Assembly (NCBI GenBank): GCA_002238445.1
Contig: MPML01000008.1
Span: 45,599 to 109,598, forward strand
Origin: Caldilineaceae bacterium bin5
GTDB lineage: Bacteria > Chloroflexota > Anaerolineae > Caldilineales > Caldilineaceae
Direction of reading: 5' to 3'
DNA: 64,000 nucleotides
The notes under the pieces are model-generated. The model saw only the letters and a list, made by a program, of their open reading frames with translations. It did no database searches and was not told where the DNA came from. Position numbers and translations under genes: made by a program. Within the stretch, counting starts at the first letter, position 1. Every line of letters begins with the position of its first letter. Below are positions 9,544 through 18,874 of this stretch, one piece after another.

Positions 9544-10548
9544 ATGGAAGCATACACAAGCGAACTGACCGGGGCGGCGACCTTTGACGCGAAACGGGCC
9601 ATCCTGAGCAAACGAGATATGTTCCGGCCGCTGGCTGTGCAGCGCACGGAGGGGCTGGCCGACGCGTTGAGACGCAAGAAAGTCCGCGGGGAGACGCCGC
9701 TGCTGGTGCTGGAACGGGACGGCGCGGCGTTGACGCTGCTCACCAGCCAGATGATCTTTCACCATGTGGCGCAGGGTGAGTGGAACGGAACACCGATTCT
9801 CGCCACTTTCTGAGCGCCGTGCAACAGCGGCGTCAGTCTGACGCCGGTACTTGACGGGGAAACTTACACTTTTGCGACGCGGGGCCTCTATAACGGCATG
9901 TCGCTGATGGGTGATCACCAGACGGGCTCTTATTGGGATCACGTCACAGGCGAATGTCTTCATGGACCGCTCAAGGGGCGGCGTCTCGAACTGGAGCCGC
10001 TGCGGCATATGCAGGCGGACCAGGCGCTGGCGCAGTTCCCGGAAGCGCGAATCGGGCTGTCACGGCTGCCGCTGCCTTTTGGTTTGGCGGCGGGCCTGAT
10101 GAAGGTCCTGGTGCGATTGACCAGGGGACGCTTTTTGCCGCCGGGTTTTGCGGGCTCGATGGGTGCGGAAGATCCACGGCGGCCGCGCCTGGAGATGGGG
10201 CTGGGCGTCTGGACAGAGAGGGTCAGCCGGTATTATCCGCTCGGAGTTCTCAAGGCGCGGGGCGGCGTGTTGTTCGACGTCATCGACAGCAAGAATATGC
10301 TGATCTACCTTGACCCGGTGTCTGGCACGCCGGCGCCGCTCTTCGCCGATGGGCAGGATGCCGAATGGGATGGCAGCGACCTTCGCATGGAGGACGGCGC
10401 GATTGTTCGCAACGGCAGGCTTTACGATCCCTCGGGAGAGGAGTTACCCACTGAACAGCCGTTGCACCTTTTTGCTCGCTGGTACGGCTTCTCGCTGACC
10501 TTTCCGAATTGCGAGATCTATGGGGAGGCGGGCGAAGGAAGCGGATGA
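9544..10548 (+). CDS. DUF3179-family protein with one in-frame UGA (9811-9813): candidate selenocysteine codon; alternatively a nonsense-disrupted pseudogene
   Basis: Track ORFs 9544-9813 and 9898-10548 share a frame and are separated only by the TGA. Read-through gives contiguous DUF3179-like core ...GTPILATF[U]APCNSGVSLTPVLDGETYTFATRGLYNGMSLMGDHQTGSYWDHVTGECLHGPLKGRRLELEPL... Confidence 0.6.
9828..9846 (+). promoter_or_regulatory. SECIS-like stem-loop 14 nt downstream of the in-frame UGA
   Basis: Perfect 8-bp stem CGGCGTCA / TGACGCCG with GTC loop. The apex CAGUCUG resembles the CAGGUCUG apex of the E. coli fdhF SECIS. Confidence 0.4.
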
Positions 10549-10621
10549 GGGCGGCCTGTACGTAAACCGTAGTTGCGCAGGCAGACCTTGCAGGACAACA
10601 CTCTTGAGGAGAAGCCATACC

Positions 10622-11419
10622 TTGCAACTCAATCTTTCGGGCAAGACAGCCATTGTCACAGGAGGCAGCGCGGGCATCGGACTGGCCTGCGCGCAGGCGT
10701 TGTACGCGGAGGGTGTCAGCGTGTTGATCGCGGCGCGCGACGAGGAGCGGCTCGCTCAGGCCCTCGGCGCGATCGCGGACCATGCGCCCGAGAGCACCGC
10801 GATGGCGCTCTCGGTTAGCGCAGATGTGAGCACGGCGGAAGGGGTCGAAGGCGCGGTCAGTCACGCCCTTTCCACGTGGGGCCATGTGGACATCCTTATC
10901 AATAACGCCGGCTCGGCGCCGAGCGGTGACTTTTACAGCCTGAGCGACGACGCCTACCACGGCGCATGGGATTTGAAGCTGCTGGGATATATGCGGATGG
11001 TGCGGGCGCTGGCGCCGCAGATGAAGGCGCGGCGGGAGGGACGGATCGTGAATATTGTGGGCGCGGCGGCGCACAACCCGACGCCGACATTCCTCGCCGG
11101 CGGTACGGCCAATGCCGCGATAATCAACTTTACGAAGGGGATCTCGCAGGATCTCGCTCCCTTTGGAGTGCGCATCAACGCGATTTCGCCGGGCCCGGTG
11201 AATACGGAACGGGCGCGCCAACTCGCCCGCCAGGAGGCTGCTGCGCAAGGGATTTCGGTAGAGGAGGCGAGCGCCCGCCGTATTGCTTCGGTGCCGCTGA
11301 GCCGGATGGCGGAAGCGGACGAGATTGCGGACATGGCGCTGTTCCTGGCATCGGACCGGGCGGCGAGCATCACCGGCGCAGAGATCCTCATTGATGGCGG
11401 GACGACAGCCAATGTCTGA
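10622..11419 (+). CDS. SDR-family oxidoreductase (FabG-like)
   Basis: LSGKTAIVTGGSAGIG cofactor motif, NNAG, and catalytic Y...K region. TTG 10622 is preceded by GAGGAGAAG. The track ORF start at 10520 is probably too far upstream. Confidence 0.85.
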   Translation: MQLNLSGKTAIVTGGSAGIGLACAQALYAEGVSVLIAARDEERLAQALGAIADHAPESTAMALSVSADVSTAEGVEGAVSHALSTWGHVDILINNAGSAPSGDFYSLSDDAYHGAWDLKLLGYMRMVRALAPQMKARREGRIVNIVGAAAHNPTPTFLAGGTANAAIINFTKGISQDLAPFGVRINAISPGPVNTERARQLARQEAAAQGISVEEASARRIASVPLSRMAEADEIADMALFLASDRAASITGAEILIDGGTTANV

Positions 11420-12671
11420 GCCGCGGCGCGTCTCGGCCCCGACGGCTACAGCCTCCGATGCCGCCCAAGGCGCGTACCGGTGGTACATTCTGGTGCTGGC
11501 CGCGCTGACCCACACGCTGGTTGTGGGCATGCCGATGATGTCGCTGCCGGTCCTGTTCGACGAGATTGGCACTGAGCTTTCGCTGAATCTGGTGCAGATT
11601 GGATATGTGTGGGGCGCGGCTTCGCTGTTGGGCGTTGCCATGAGCCTGACAGGGGGCGTGATTGGCGACCGCATCGGGGCGCGGCGGATGCTGGTGATTG
11701 CGTGCCTGCTTGCGGGCGTCACGGGGGCGACGCGGGCGTTTGCCAGTGACTACGCCAGCCTGACGGCGACTGTTCTGGTGGCCGGTCTCTTCCCGATGGC
11801 GGCGCCGATGAATGTGCACAAGACGTGCGGCGTGTGGTTTTCGGGGAAGCGCCTGGGCATGGCGAACGGCGTTGTCTCGGCGGGCATGGCCCTGGGCTTC
11901 CTGCTCGGCTCGCTGATCAGCGCGACGTTGCTTTCGCCGCTGCTGGGGGGCTGGCGGAACGTGCTCCTATTCTATGCGGTGCTGGCGTTGATCGTTGGAA
12001 CGTTGTGGGCGTTCACGAGACCCGGGCCGGATGGCGAAGGTAGTGCAGCTGGGCAAGAGGACCGGCCTTCGCTGCGCGCGTCGTTACTGCGCGTGGCCCG
12101 TTTGCGCAACGTGTGGCTGCTGGGGGTGGCGATGTTTGGCATTGGCGGCGCGATTCAGGGATCGCTTGGCTACCTGCCTCTCTACTTGCGCAATGAGGGT
12201 TGGGAGCCAGGCGCAGCGGACAGCGCCCTGGCCAGCTTCCATTTCGCGAGTCTGCTCTTTACGATTCCGTTTACTCTGCTGTCCGACCGGCTGGGGGTGC
12301 GCCGCCCGTTGCTGCTGGCGTCGGCACTGATGTTAATCGTTGGCTTCGGCCTCCTTTCGTTCGTACAGGGGCTCATTGTGTGGCTGGCGGTTATTTTCGC
12401 GGGCATCACGCGAGACGGCTACATGGCGACGATGATGACACTTATCATTGAACTGCGGGGGATTGGACCGGCCTTTGCCGGGACGGCCACCGGGTTTATC
12501 ATGGCTATCTCTCGGATTGGCTCTGTGGTCGCGCCACCGATTGGCAACAGACTGGAAGCGATGGGCGCGGGTGTGCCGTTTCTGTTCTGGGCGGCGCTGG
12601 CCCTGATGGGCTTTGTCGCGTTGACCGCTGTGCGCGAGGAGCGCGGAAGCGTGGGTCAATCGACGCAGTAG
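11412..12671 (+). CDS. MFS transporter
   Basis: Multiple hydrophobic helices and a G.IGDRIGARR loop motif (MFS signature between TM2 and TM3). ATG 11412 overlaps the SDR stop (ATGTCTGA), implying translational coupling. Confidence 0.85.
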   Translation: MSEPRRVSAPTATASDAAQGAYRWYILVLAALTHTLVVGMPMMSLPVLFDEIGTELSLNLVQIGYVWGAASLLGVAMSLTGGVIGDRIGARRMLVIACLLAGVTGATRAFASDYASLTATVLVAGLFPMAAPMNVHKTCGVWFSGKRLGMANGVVSAGMALGFLLGSLISATLLSPLLGGWRNVLLFYAVLALIVGTLWAFTRPGPDGEGSAAGQEDRPSLRASLLRVARLRNVWLLGVAMFGIGGAIQGSLGYLPLYLRNEGWEPGAADSALASFHFASLLFTIPFTLLSDRLGVRRPLLLASALMLIVGFGLLSFVQGLIVWLAVIFAGITRDGYMATMMTLIIELRGIGPAFAGTATGFIMAISRIGSVVAPPIGNRLEAMGAGVPFLFWAALALMGFVALTAVREERGSVGQSTQ

Positions 12672-12745
12672 GCGCGGCGGTCCTGCAATGCCAGCGCCGG
12701 AGTGTGTATCGAAACGGTAAGCCCTTGGGCTAAATTGCATACGAT

Positions 12746-12775
12746 TTGCCATCCCGGTGCATGGGTCGCTATACT
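12746..12775 (+). promoter_or_regulatory. candidate sigma-70-type promoter for the Rieske-domain gene
   Basis: TTGCCA (12746-12751), 18-nt spacer, TATACT (12770-12775), about 160 nt upstream of ATG 12933. Confidence 0.4.
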
Positions 12776-12932
12776 GGGCGGGAACTGTATGGAGCCTTGC
12801 GGCGCGAGAGGCTCTGCTGGATTAGGTTGGAAGGGAGTGGGGCCTGCAATGGCACGCTCTTCGCTGCGATGACCCCCGTTGAATCCACAAACTTTGGCAC
12901 GGATGCCGCAGAACGAAATCAGGAGGCGAGGA

Positions 12933-14714
12933 ATGACAACCAACGTCGCTGCTGACGCATATCAGCGCATTGCGAGTGTCACAGAAGTCACAGAAGTCGG
13001 CCTGCATACGGTCCAACTTAACGGCCACGTCGTCGTTCTCGTTCATCACGAGGGCGAGATTTACGCGCTCGACAACCGCTGCCCGCATATGGGCTTTCCG
13101 CTGGACAAGGGCAGTGTCCATGATGGAATTCTGACGTGCCACTGGCATCACGCCCGTTTTGATCTGTGCACGGGCGGCTCTTTTGATCTGTGGGCGGACG
13201 ACACGCCCAACTTCCCGGTGGAGGTGCGGAACGGTGATGTATTTGTTGATGTCACGCCGCGGCACGATCCGGTGGAACATCAACGCAAGCGGCTGGCAGT
13301 CGGCCTGGAGCGCAATCTTTCACTGGTGGTTGCCAAGGCGGCGATTACGCTGGTGGATGAAGCCGGAGACACGTTGACTCCCTTCGCCGCGGGCCTGGAT
13401 TTCGGCACCCGCTACCGGATGGAGGGCTGGGGTCAGGGGCTGACGATGCTCACCTGTTTCCAGAATCTTCTGCCCAGCCTGGGACGTGAGGACCGGGCGC
13501 GGGCGTTGGCGCACGGCTTGGCGGCGACCGCGTCTGATTCGGCCGGCAGTTCACCGCGCTTCCCGGTAACGCCTCTGCCCGACGGCAGCCCGGATCTGAA
13601 GACGCTGAAGCAGTGGTTCCGCCGCTTCATTCTGGTGCGGGATGCCGAGGGGGCGGAGCGGTGCATCGTTACAGCCTTAGAGGCCGGCGCGAGTCCGCGG
13701 GAGATGGCAGATATTCTGTTCAGTGCGGCGACAGACTTCCGCTATATCGATATTGGACATCCGCTGGACTTTACGAACAAGGCGTTTGAAGCGCTGGAAA
13801 TTGTCGGTTGGGAGAAGGCGGAAGCTGTTCTGACCAGCCTGGTGCCGGGCTATGCTGGGGCAAGACGGATGGAGGAGTCCAACGCGTGGCGCAATCCGAT
13901 AGATCTGATCGATCTGTTGGGCGAAGCGCGGGCGCAGATTCCTGACGCGCTTGCGACAGGTCAGGCGCAGCGCGGGCGCTGGGCGGGGCGCGCGGGGCTG
14001 GTGTCGGTATTGCTGACCGATGATCCGCAGGCGATTGCAGACGCGCTGCTTGGGGCGTTGCGAGCCGGGGCCAGCGAGGTTGAACTGGCGGCAGCGGTCA
14101 CCTATGCGGCGGCGCTGCGGATTGCCCGCTTCCACACGAGCAATGAGTTCGGCGACTGGGACACGGCTATGCACACTTTCACCTTCGCGAACGCGGTCCA
14201 TCAGGGTTTGCGGCGTTTGGAGGGGTACGAATCGCCGGACGAATATTTGCTATTGCTGCGGGGTGTTTTCGACGCGGCGATGAGCATCTATCTCGACCGC
14301 TTTTTGAACATTCCCGCGGCCAGGCTGCCGGCGGCTTCCGGCAGCAACGGGACGGCGCCTCCACTGCCGGCGCTGGCGGAAATGCTGGATCAGCAGCAGC
14401 AGGTGAACCAGGCCGGAAACGCGGTGGGCGGCTACCTCTTCCATGGCGGCGACTCGGCCGCGCTGCGGGCAGAGCTGGGCGCGCTGCTGCTGCGAGAAGA
14501 CCGCGACTTCCATACGATTCAGTGTGTGGAGGCGGCCTTCCGTCAGCATGATCTGCTGTCTGCCGAGGCGGAATCACAGGAGGAGGCGGTTCTTGTGCTG
14601 GTGGCGGCAGCCCGCTACCTGGGCGCGCACGCGCCGACGATGCGGGCCCAGGGCCAGACCTTTGGCATTGCGCGCCGGCTGCATCGCAACGAGAAGCTGT
14701 TCGAGGGAGAGTAA
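12933..14714 (+). CDS. Rieske [2Fe-2S] domain protein fused to a large (about 480 aa) uncharacterised helical C-terminal domain
   Basis: CPHMGFPL...CHWHHARF is the Rieske C-x-H...C-x-x-H ligand pattern. AGGAGG lies 6 nt upstream of ATG 12933. Confidence 0.85.
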   Translation: MTTNVAADAYQRIASVTEVTEVGLHTVQLNGHVVVLVHHEGEIYALDNRCPHMGFPLDKGSVHDGILTCHWHHARFDLCTGGSFDLWADDTPNFPVEVRNGDVFVDVTPRHDPVEHQRKRLAVGLERNLSLVVAKAAITLVDEAGDTLTPFAAGLDFGTRYRMEGWGQGLTMLTCFQNLLPSLGREDRARALAHGLAATASDSAGSSPRFPVTPLPDGSPDLKTLKQWFRRFILVRDAEGAERCIVTALEAGASPREMADILFSAATDFRYIDIGHPLDFTNKAFEALEIVGWEKAEAVLTSLVPGYAGARRMEESNAWRNPIDLIDLLGEARAQIPDALATGQAQRGRWAGRAGLVSVLLTDDPQAIADALLGALRAGASEVELAAAVTYAAALRIARFHTSNEFGDWDTAMHTFTFANAVHQGLRRLEGYESPDEYLLLLRGVFDAAMSIYLDRFLNIPAARLPAASGSNGTAPPLPALAEMLDQQQQVNQAGNAVGGYLFHGGDSAALRAELGALLLREDRDFHTIQCVEAAFRQHDLLSAEAESQEEAVLVLVAAARYLGAHAPTMRAQGQTFGIARRLHRNEKLFEGE

Positions 14715-14741
14715 GGCTCTGTCTGCGTTGGAGATGATGAA

Positions 14742-14784
14742 GGGCAAAGAGAAAAGGCGACTCTTTTCTCTCTGCCCTTTTTTT
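14742..14784 (+). terminator. Rho-independent terminator
   Basis: GGGCAAAGAGAAAAG (14742-14756) pairs with CTTTTCTCTCTGCCC (14763-14777) and is followed by a T run at 14778-14784, directly after the Rieske gene stop. Confidence 0.65.
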
Positions 14785-14838
14785 GTTGTGTACTGTTAGA
14801 GTCGAAAAATTCGAACGGCCGCCGTCCAGGAGGAAAAA

Positions 14839-15120
14839 GTGACCGAAAGAATCCAGACGCTACACCCGGCTGGAAAGAATGGCGTCAATATTGACAAGGG
14901 CAAGTATGACATGGTGCGACAGGCGATTGAGGAGACGCTGCAAGAGCAACCGGGGATTACGTTCAGCGGACTGACGGACACGGTGGGCGAACGGATCGGC
15001 GATGTCTTTGATGGCTCGGTGGGCTGGTATGTGGTTTCGGTCAAGCTCGATCTGGAGGCGCGGGGTGTGGTGGAGCGGATAGATGGCCGCAGTCCGCAGC
15101 GGCTGCGGCTGGTGAAGTAG
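14839..15120 (+). CDS. hypothetical protein (93 aa)
   Basis: GTG start preceded by CCAGGAGG at a 5-nt spacing. No strong motif recognised. Confidence 0.6.
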   Translation: MTERIQTLHPAGKNGVNIDKGKYDMVRQAIEETLQEQPGITFSGLTDTVGERIGDVFDGSVGWYVVSVKLDLEARGVVERIDGRSPQRLRLVK

Positions 15121-15206
15121 GTGATCGCGGTGCGAATTGTTGAGAGAGGAGACCGATGTTAGAATCACACCGTAAGCGCTACGCGCCAGAGAAAAGGACA
15201 GGATGA

Positions 15207-15617
15207 ATGGCAACTCTAACATTTGAAGTCTCCGATTCTCTCCTCACTCGCGCCCGCGAAGCAGCCGAGGCGCTGGATCGCCCTTTAGAGGATGTGCTGA
15301 TAGGGGCATTGGCAGTCGGCCTACCCGATGTGCATGATGTCCCTGACTCGGTACGCAGTGAACTGCTGGAGATGACTTTCTTCGATGAAAATTCACTTTG
15401 GCAGATTGCGAAGGGTGAAATGACTTCAGCAGAACAGAGAGAGCTTCAGGCGCTTCTTGACGTGCAGAAGCGCCCCCTTCTTCCGCAAGAACAGGTGCGC
15501 TTGCAGGAATTGCGAGAGAGTTATGGGAAAGCCACGCTTAGGAAGGCACGCGCCTATGCGCTGTTAAGTTTGCGCAGCGGTGAGTCGCTTCTGGCTGCTC
15601 TAGACATGACTGATTGA
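15207..15617 (+). CDS. hypothetical protein, upstream partner of the HNH endonuclease
   Basis: 136-aa ORF ending 9 nt before the HNH gene. Helical, charged sequence; no motif recognised. Confidence 0.6.
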   Translation: MATLTFEVSDSLLTRAREAAEALDRPLEDVLIGALAVGLPDVHDVPDSVRSELLEMTFFDENSLWQIAKGEMTSAEQRELQALLDVQKRPLLPQEQVRLQELRESYGKATLRKARAYALLSLRSGESLLAALDMTD

Positions 15618-15626
15618 CCAGAAGCG

Positions 15627-16052
15627 ATGGCATCTGTCTCAGCCTATTTGCGATCTCAAGTTGCGCAACGCGCTCAGTTTCGCTGTGAGTATTGCCGGAC
15701 TTCGCAAAAAATCAGCGGAGCACAGATGCATGTTGAACACATCTGGCCTCGCAGCAGAGGCGGCGCTTTGACCCTCGATAATCTTTGCTTCGCCTGTGCC
15801 TGGTGCAATAGCTACAAAGGCACACAGACCCACGCCTTCGATCCTGAAAGTCAAGAGGAAGTTCGTCTCTTTCATCCTCGCACCGATGTGTGGAGTAGCC
15901 ACTTTGCATGGGGTGAGGCCGGGCTACGTATTCTGGGAATCAGCCCCATCGGGAATGCAACGGTGGAGGCTCTTCACATAAACAATGAATATGTTCTTCC
16001 CGCCAGAAGACACTGGATACTGGCAGGATGGCATCCTCCCCAGTTGGATTGA
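15627..16052 (+). CDS. HNH endonuclease
   Basis: CEYC...HVEHIWPRSRGG...NL..AC..CN..KG is the canonical HNH/zinc-finger motif set. Confidence 0.85.
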   Translation: MASVSAYLRSQVAQRAQFRCEYCRTSQKISGAQMHVEHIWPRSRGGALTLDNLCFACAWCNSYKGTQTHAFDPESQEEVRLFHPRTDVWSSHFAWGEAGLRILGISPIGNATVEALHINNEYVLPARRHWILAGWHPPQLD

Positions 16053-16149
16053 TAGATCTCCGGCGCGCCTCTCAAAGTCATGGATCATTTCGGACGTTTT
16101 GTTGCAGCTCTCCAAGCTGCCTTTAGCGGACTGGCGCATAGACTGACCA

Positions 16150-17571
16150 ATGCCATTTTATGATGCCGTCGTTGTCGGGGCCGGGCCCAATGGGTTGGCG
16201 GCTGCTATTACTTTCGCTCGCGCCGGACATTCTGTCCTCTTGATCGAGGGCAGGGGCACGATCGGCGGGGGAAACCGGACTGCCGAGCTTACGCTGCCGG
16301 GCTTCCAGCACGACATCTGCGCCGCGGTCCATCCGCTGGTGGCGGGCTCGCCCTTTATGCGCACTCTGCCGCTGGAGCGTTTCGGCGTCGAGTGGGTACA
16401 GCCGGAGATTGCGGCGGCGCACCCGTTGGATGATGGCACGGGGGTAGGGCTTTATCGTTCGTTGGAGCAGACGGCGTCGTCGATTGGCGGGGACGGCCAG
16501 AGCTGGATGCGGCTGATTGGGCCGTCGGCGGCTGACTGGGACAAGCTGGCGCCGATGGTGCTGGGGCCGCAGCCGGTGGGCGCTGATCTGGCAGCATTAG
16601 TCCGTTTCGGCCTTGCTGCGGCCATACCGGCTCATGTGTTGGCGCGCCTTTGTTTCCGTGAAGAACGGGCGAAGGCTCTATTCGCCGGGCTTACGGCCCA
16701 CTCCTTTCTCAGTTTTCGGCAACCGTTTACTTCGGCGTTCGGGATGCTGCTGGGGGTTCTGGCCCATGCTGTCGGGTGGCCTTTTCCGCGCGGTGGGGCG
16801 CAGGCGATAACCGACGCAATGGGCGCGTATTTGCGCGCGCTGGGCGGAGACATCGCGGCCGGCTGGCAGGTGGAGTCGCTGGACGAACTGCCGCCGAGCC
16901 GGACAGTGCTGTTGGATGTGACGCCCCGGCAGGTCTTGCGGCTGGCGGGGTCGCGGCTTCCGGCGGCGTACCGGCGCAGCCTGGAGAGATTTCGTTATGG
17001 TCCGGGCGTGTTCAAGGTGGACTACGCGCTGAGCGAGCCTGTGCCGTGGCGGGCGCAGGTATGCAGGCGCGCCGGCACTGTTCATCTGGGAGGCACCCTG
17101 GCGGAGATCGCGGCAGCGGAAGAGGCAACGAGCAGCGGGCGCATGCCGGGACGGCCCTATGTGCTGGCGGCGCAGCATAGTCTGTTTGACACGACACGGG
17201 CGCCGGCAGGGAAGCATACGCTTTGGGCATACTGCCATACGCCGCATGGCTCGACCACCGATATGACGGCGGCGATCGATGCGCAGATCGAACGGTTCGC
17301 GCCCGGTTTTCAGGACACGGTTCTGGCGCGCGCCGTGATCAACAGTGCCGACTACGAACGCTACAACCCCAACTATGTCGGCGGCGACATCAACAGCGGG
17401 GTGCAGGATGTGCGGCAGCTGTGGACGCGGCCGATGCTGCGGTTTCCGCCTTACAGCACACCGGTTGCGGGCCTTTACCTGTGTTCCTCCTCCACGCCGC
17501 CCGGGGGCGGTGTCCACGGCATGTGCGGCTTCAACGCTGCCCGCGCCGCATTAAGACGGTTGCAAATGTGA
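16150..17571 (+). CDS. NAD(P)/FAD-dependent oxidoreductase, phytoene desaturase (CrtI-like) family
   Basis: N-terminal YDAVVVGAGPNGLAAA dinucleotide-binding motif. 473 aa, with C-terminal PPGGGVHG motif typical of the family. Confidence 0.85.
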   Translation: MPFYDAVVVGAGPNGLAAAITFARAGHSVLLIEGRGTIGGGNRTAELTLPGFQHDICAAVHPLVAGSPFMRTLPLERFGVEWVQPEIAAAHPLDDGTGVGLYRSLEQTASSIGGDGQSWMRLIGPSAADWDKLAPMVLGPQPVGADLAALVRFGLAAAIPAHVLARLCFREERAKALFAGLTAHSFLSFRQPFTSAFGMLLGVLAHAVGWPFPRGGAQAITDAMGAYLRALGGDIAAGWQVESLDELPPSRTVLLDVTPRQVLRLAGSRLPAAYRRSLERFRYGPGVFKVDYALSEPVPWRAQVCRRAGTVHLGGTLAEIAAAEEATSSGRMPGRPYVLAAQHSLFDTTRAPAGKHTLWAYCHTPHGSTTDMTAAIDAQIERFAPGFQDTVLARAVINSADYERYNPNYVGGDINSGVQDVRQLWTRPMLRFPPYSTPVAGLYLCSSSTPPGGGVHGMCGFNAARAALRRLQM

Positions 17572-17599
17572 CTCGTGGTGTTGATTGTCTACGAGCTGC

Positions 17600-18874
17600 T
17601 CAGACAACCTCCCCTTGCAGCCGCGCTTTGAGTTGCGCCCAAGGGCTGCGTTGCAGCGACTCGATGGCATCACCGGAATCGTCTTCTTCCTTATGGAACA
17701 GGATATTCAGCCGGTCGCCTTCGTACTTGGCGCCGTCGATCTTCAACCGCGCCAAGCCGATCGGCAGAGCGATGTTGCGTTTCCAGTTGCCGATGCGGAC
17801 GATCAGCTCGTCGACGACGCTGCGGTGGAGGTTTACCTCTTCTTTGGCGACCAGAGGAAGGGCGATGCTGAGGATGTAGTGGCCGTCGCGGGCGAAGATT
17901 TTCTGCGGTTCGCCCTGATAGTAGAGGCGGGTGGGGTCACCATGCCCACCGCGCTCCGGTACTTCTCCGAAAATCGTCGCGGCCATGCGTTGGAGCATTT
18001 TCTGTCCCAGGACTTCCTCGTCGAAGAAGGGAATTCGGGAGATGGGAAGGGGGTGGAAGGCTTCTTCGACGAAGGCCAGATTGCGCTGCTGCGCTTCGAT
18101 CCAACCGCTAAAGTAGGCTTCTTTCAGTTCCTGGGGGAAGACCCGATTGCAGACAACGGAATCGACGGCGTAGCCATAGAGGTTGAGGTAGGCGTAGGCG
18201 CGCTGCGCCTCCTTGATTACCATCTTCTCCGGATTGATCACAAGCCGCATGCTGCTGATTGTACTATCGCTCAGGAGGAGGCTGGTGCGCTCGAGCACGT
18301 TCACCAGATCTTCGACGCTCTCGAACAGGTCGTCATCCGGCAGAGGGATATCGCTCATACGGGACATGATGGGGCGGGCGATCTGCAGGGTTCGGCGTTC
18401 GAAGGGCATGATTTTCTCGATATACCAGCGAGCGATATCGGGGAAACTGAGCAGTTGCAAGGTGGACCCGGTGGGTGCAGCGTCAATGATAATCGTGTCG
18501 TACTTGCCGCTGTCGGCCAGATGTGTAATGTGCATGAGGCTGGCGAGCTCCACCATTCCCGGCAGAACTGACGTCTCTTCAGCGACCAGAGAATCCATGC
18601 CGCGCCAGGAGAAGAGTACATTGAGATAGTCCTGCACGCGCCCCCAGTACTTGTCCATCTGATGGAGCAGATCGATCTCCTGTCCCCAGAGATTGGGCGC
18701 CAATTCCACCAACTCACTGCCGATGCGGGTGTCGAAACTGTCGCCAAGACTGTGGGCGGAGTCGGTGCTGAGCACGACGGTGCGGTAGCCCAGTTGGGCG
18801 CAACGGAGGGCGCAGGCCGCGCTGACACTCGTCTTGCCGACCCCGCCTTTGCCCGTATAAAGCAGAATACGCAT
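17600..18874 (-). CDS. ArsA/GET3-family anion-transporting/targeting ATPase
   Basis: MRILLYTGKGGVGKTS deviant Walker A and STDSAHSLGD (ArsA signature DTAPTGH-type region APTGSTL). Confidence 0.9.
   Translation of the reverse strand: MRILLYTGKGGVGKTSVSAACALRCAQLGYRTVVLSTDSAHSLGDSFDTRIGSELVELAPNLWGQEIDLLHQMDKYWGRVQDYLNVLFSWRGMDSLVAEETSVLPGMVELASLMHITHLADSGKYDTIIIDAAPTGSTLQLLSFPDIARWYIEKIMPFERRTLQIARPIMSRMSDIPLPDDDLFESVEDLVNVLERTSLLLSDSTISSMRLVINPEKMVIKEAQRAYAYLNLYGYAVDSVVCNRVFPQELKEAYFSGWIEAQQRNLAFVEEAFHPLPISRIPFFDEEVLGQKMLQRMAATIFGEVPERGGHGDPTRLYYQGEPQKIFARDGHYILSIALPLVAKEEVNLHRSVVDELIVRIGNWKRNIALPIGLARLKIDGAKYEGDRLNILFHKEEDDSGDAIESLQRSPWAQLKARLQGEVV

Noticed and set aside
9898-10548. Treating 9898-10548 as an independent 216-aa gene starting at the internal Met
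   Set aside because: The conserved DUF3179-like sequence continues in frame upstream of this Met (..APCNSGVSLTPVLDGETYTFATRGLYNG..) right back to the TGA and beyond. The Met is therefore internal and the locus is one gene with an in-frame UGA.
10280-11722. Long antisense ORFs such as 10280-11722(-), 1000-1980(-), 2167-3285(-), 3736-4623(-), 8385-9368(-), 16678-17517(-), 17585-18571(+), 34040-35218(+), 44392-45372(+), 46329-47345(+), 48362-49291(+), 60234-60920(-)
   Set aside because: Each overlaps a gene on the opposite strand that has clear family motifs. Their translations are Arg/Pro/Ala/His-rich with no motifs, which is the usual stop-codon-poor shadow frame of GC-rich DNA.
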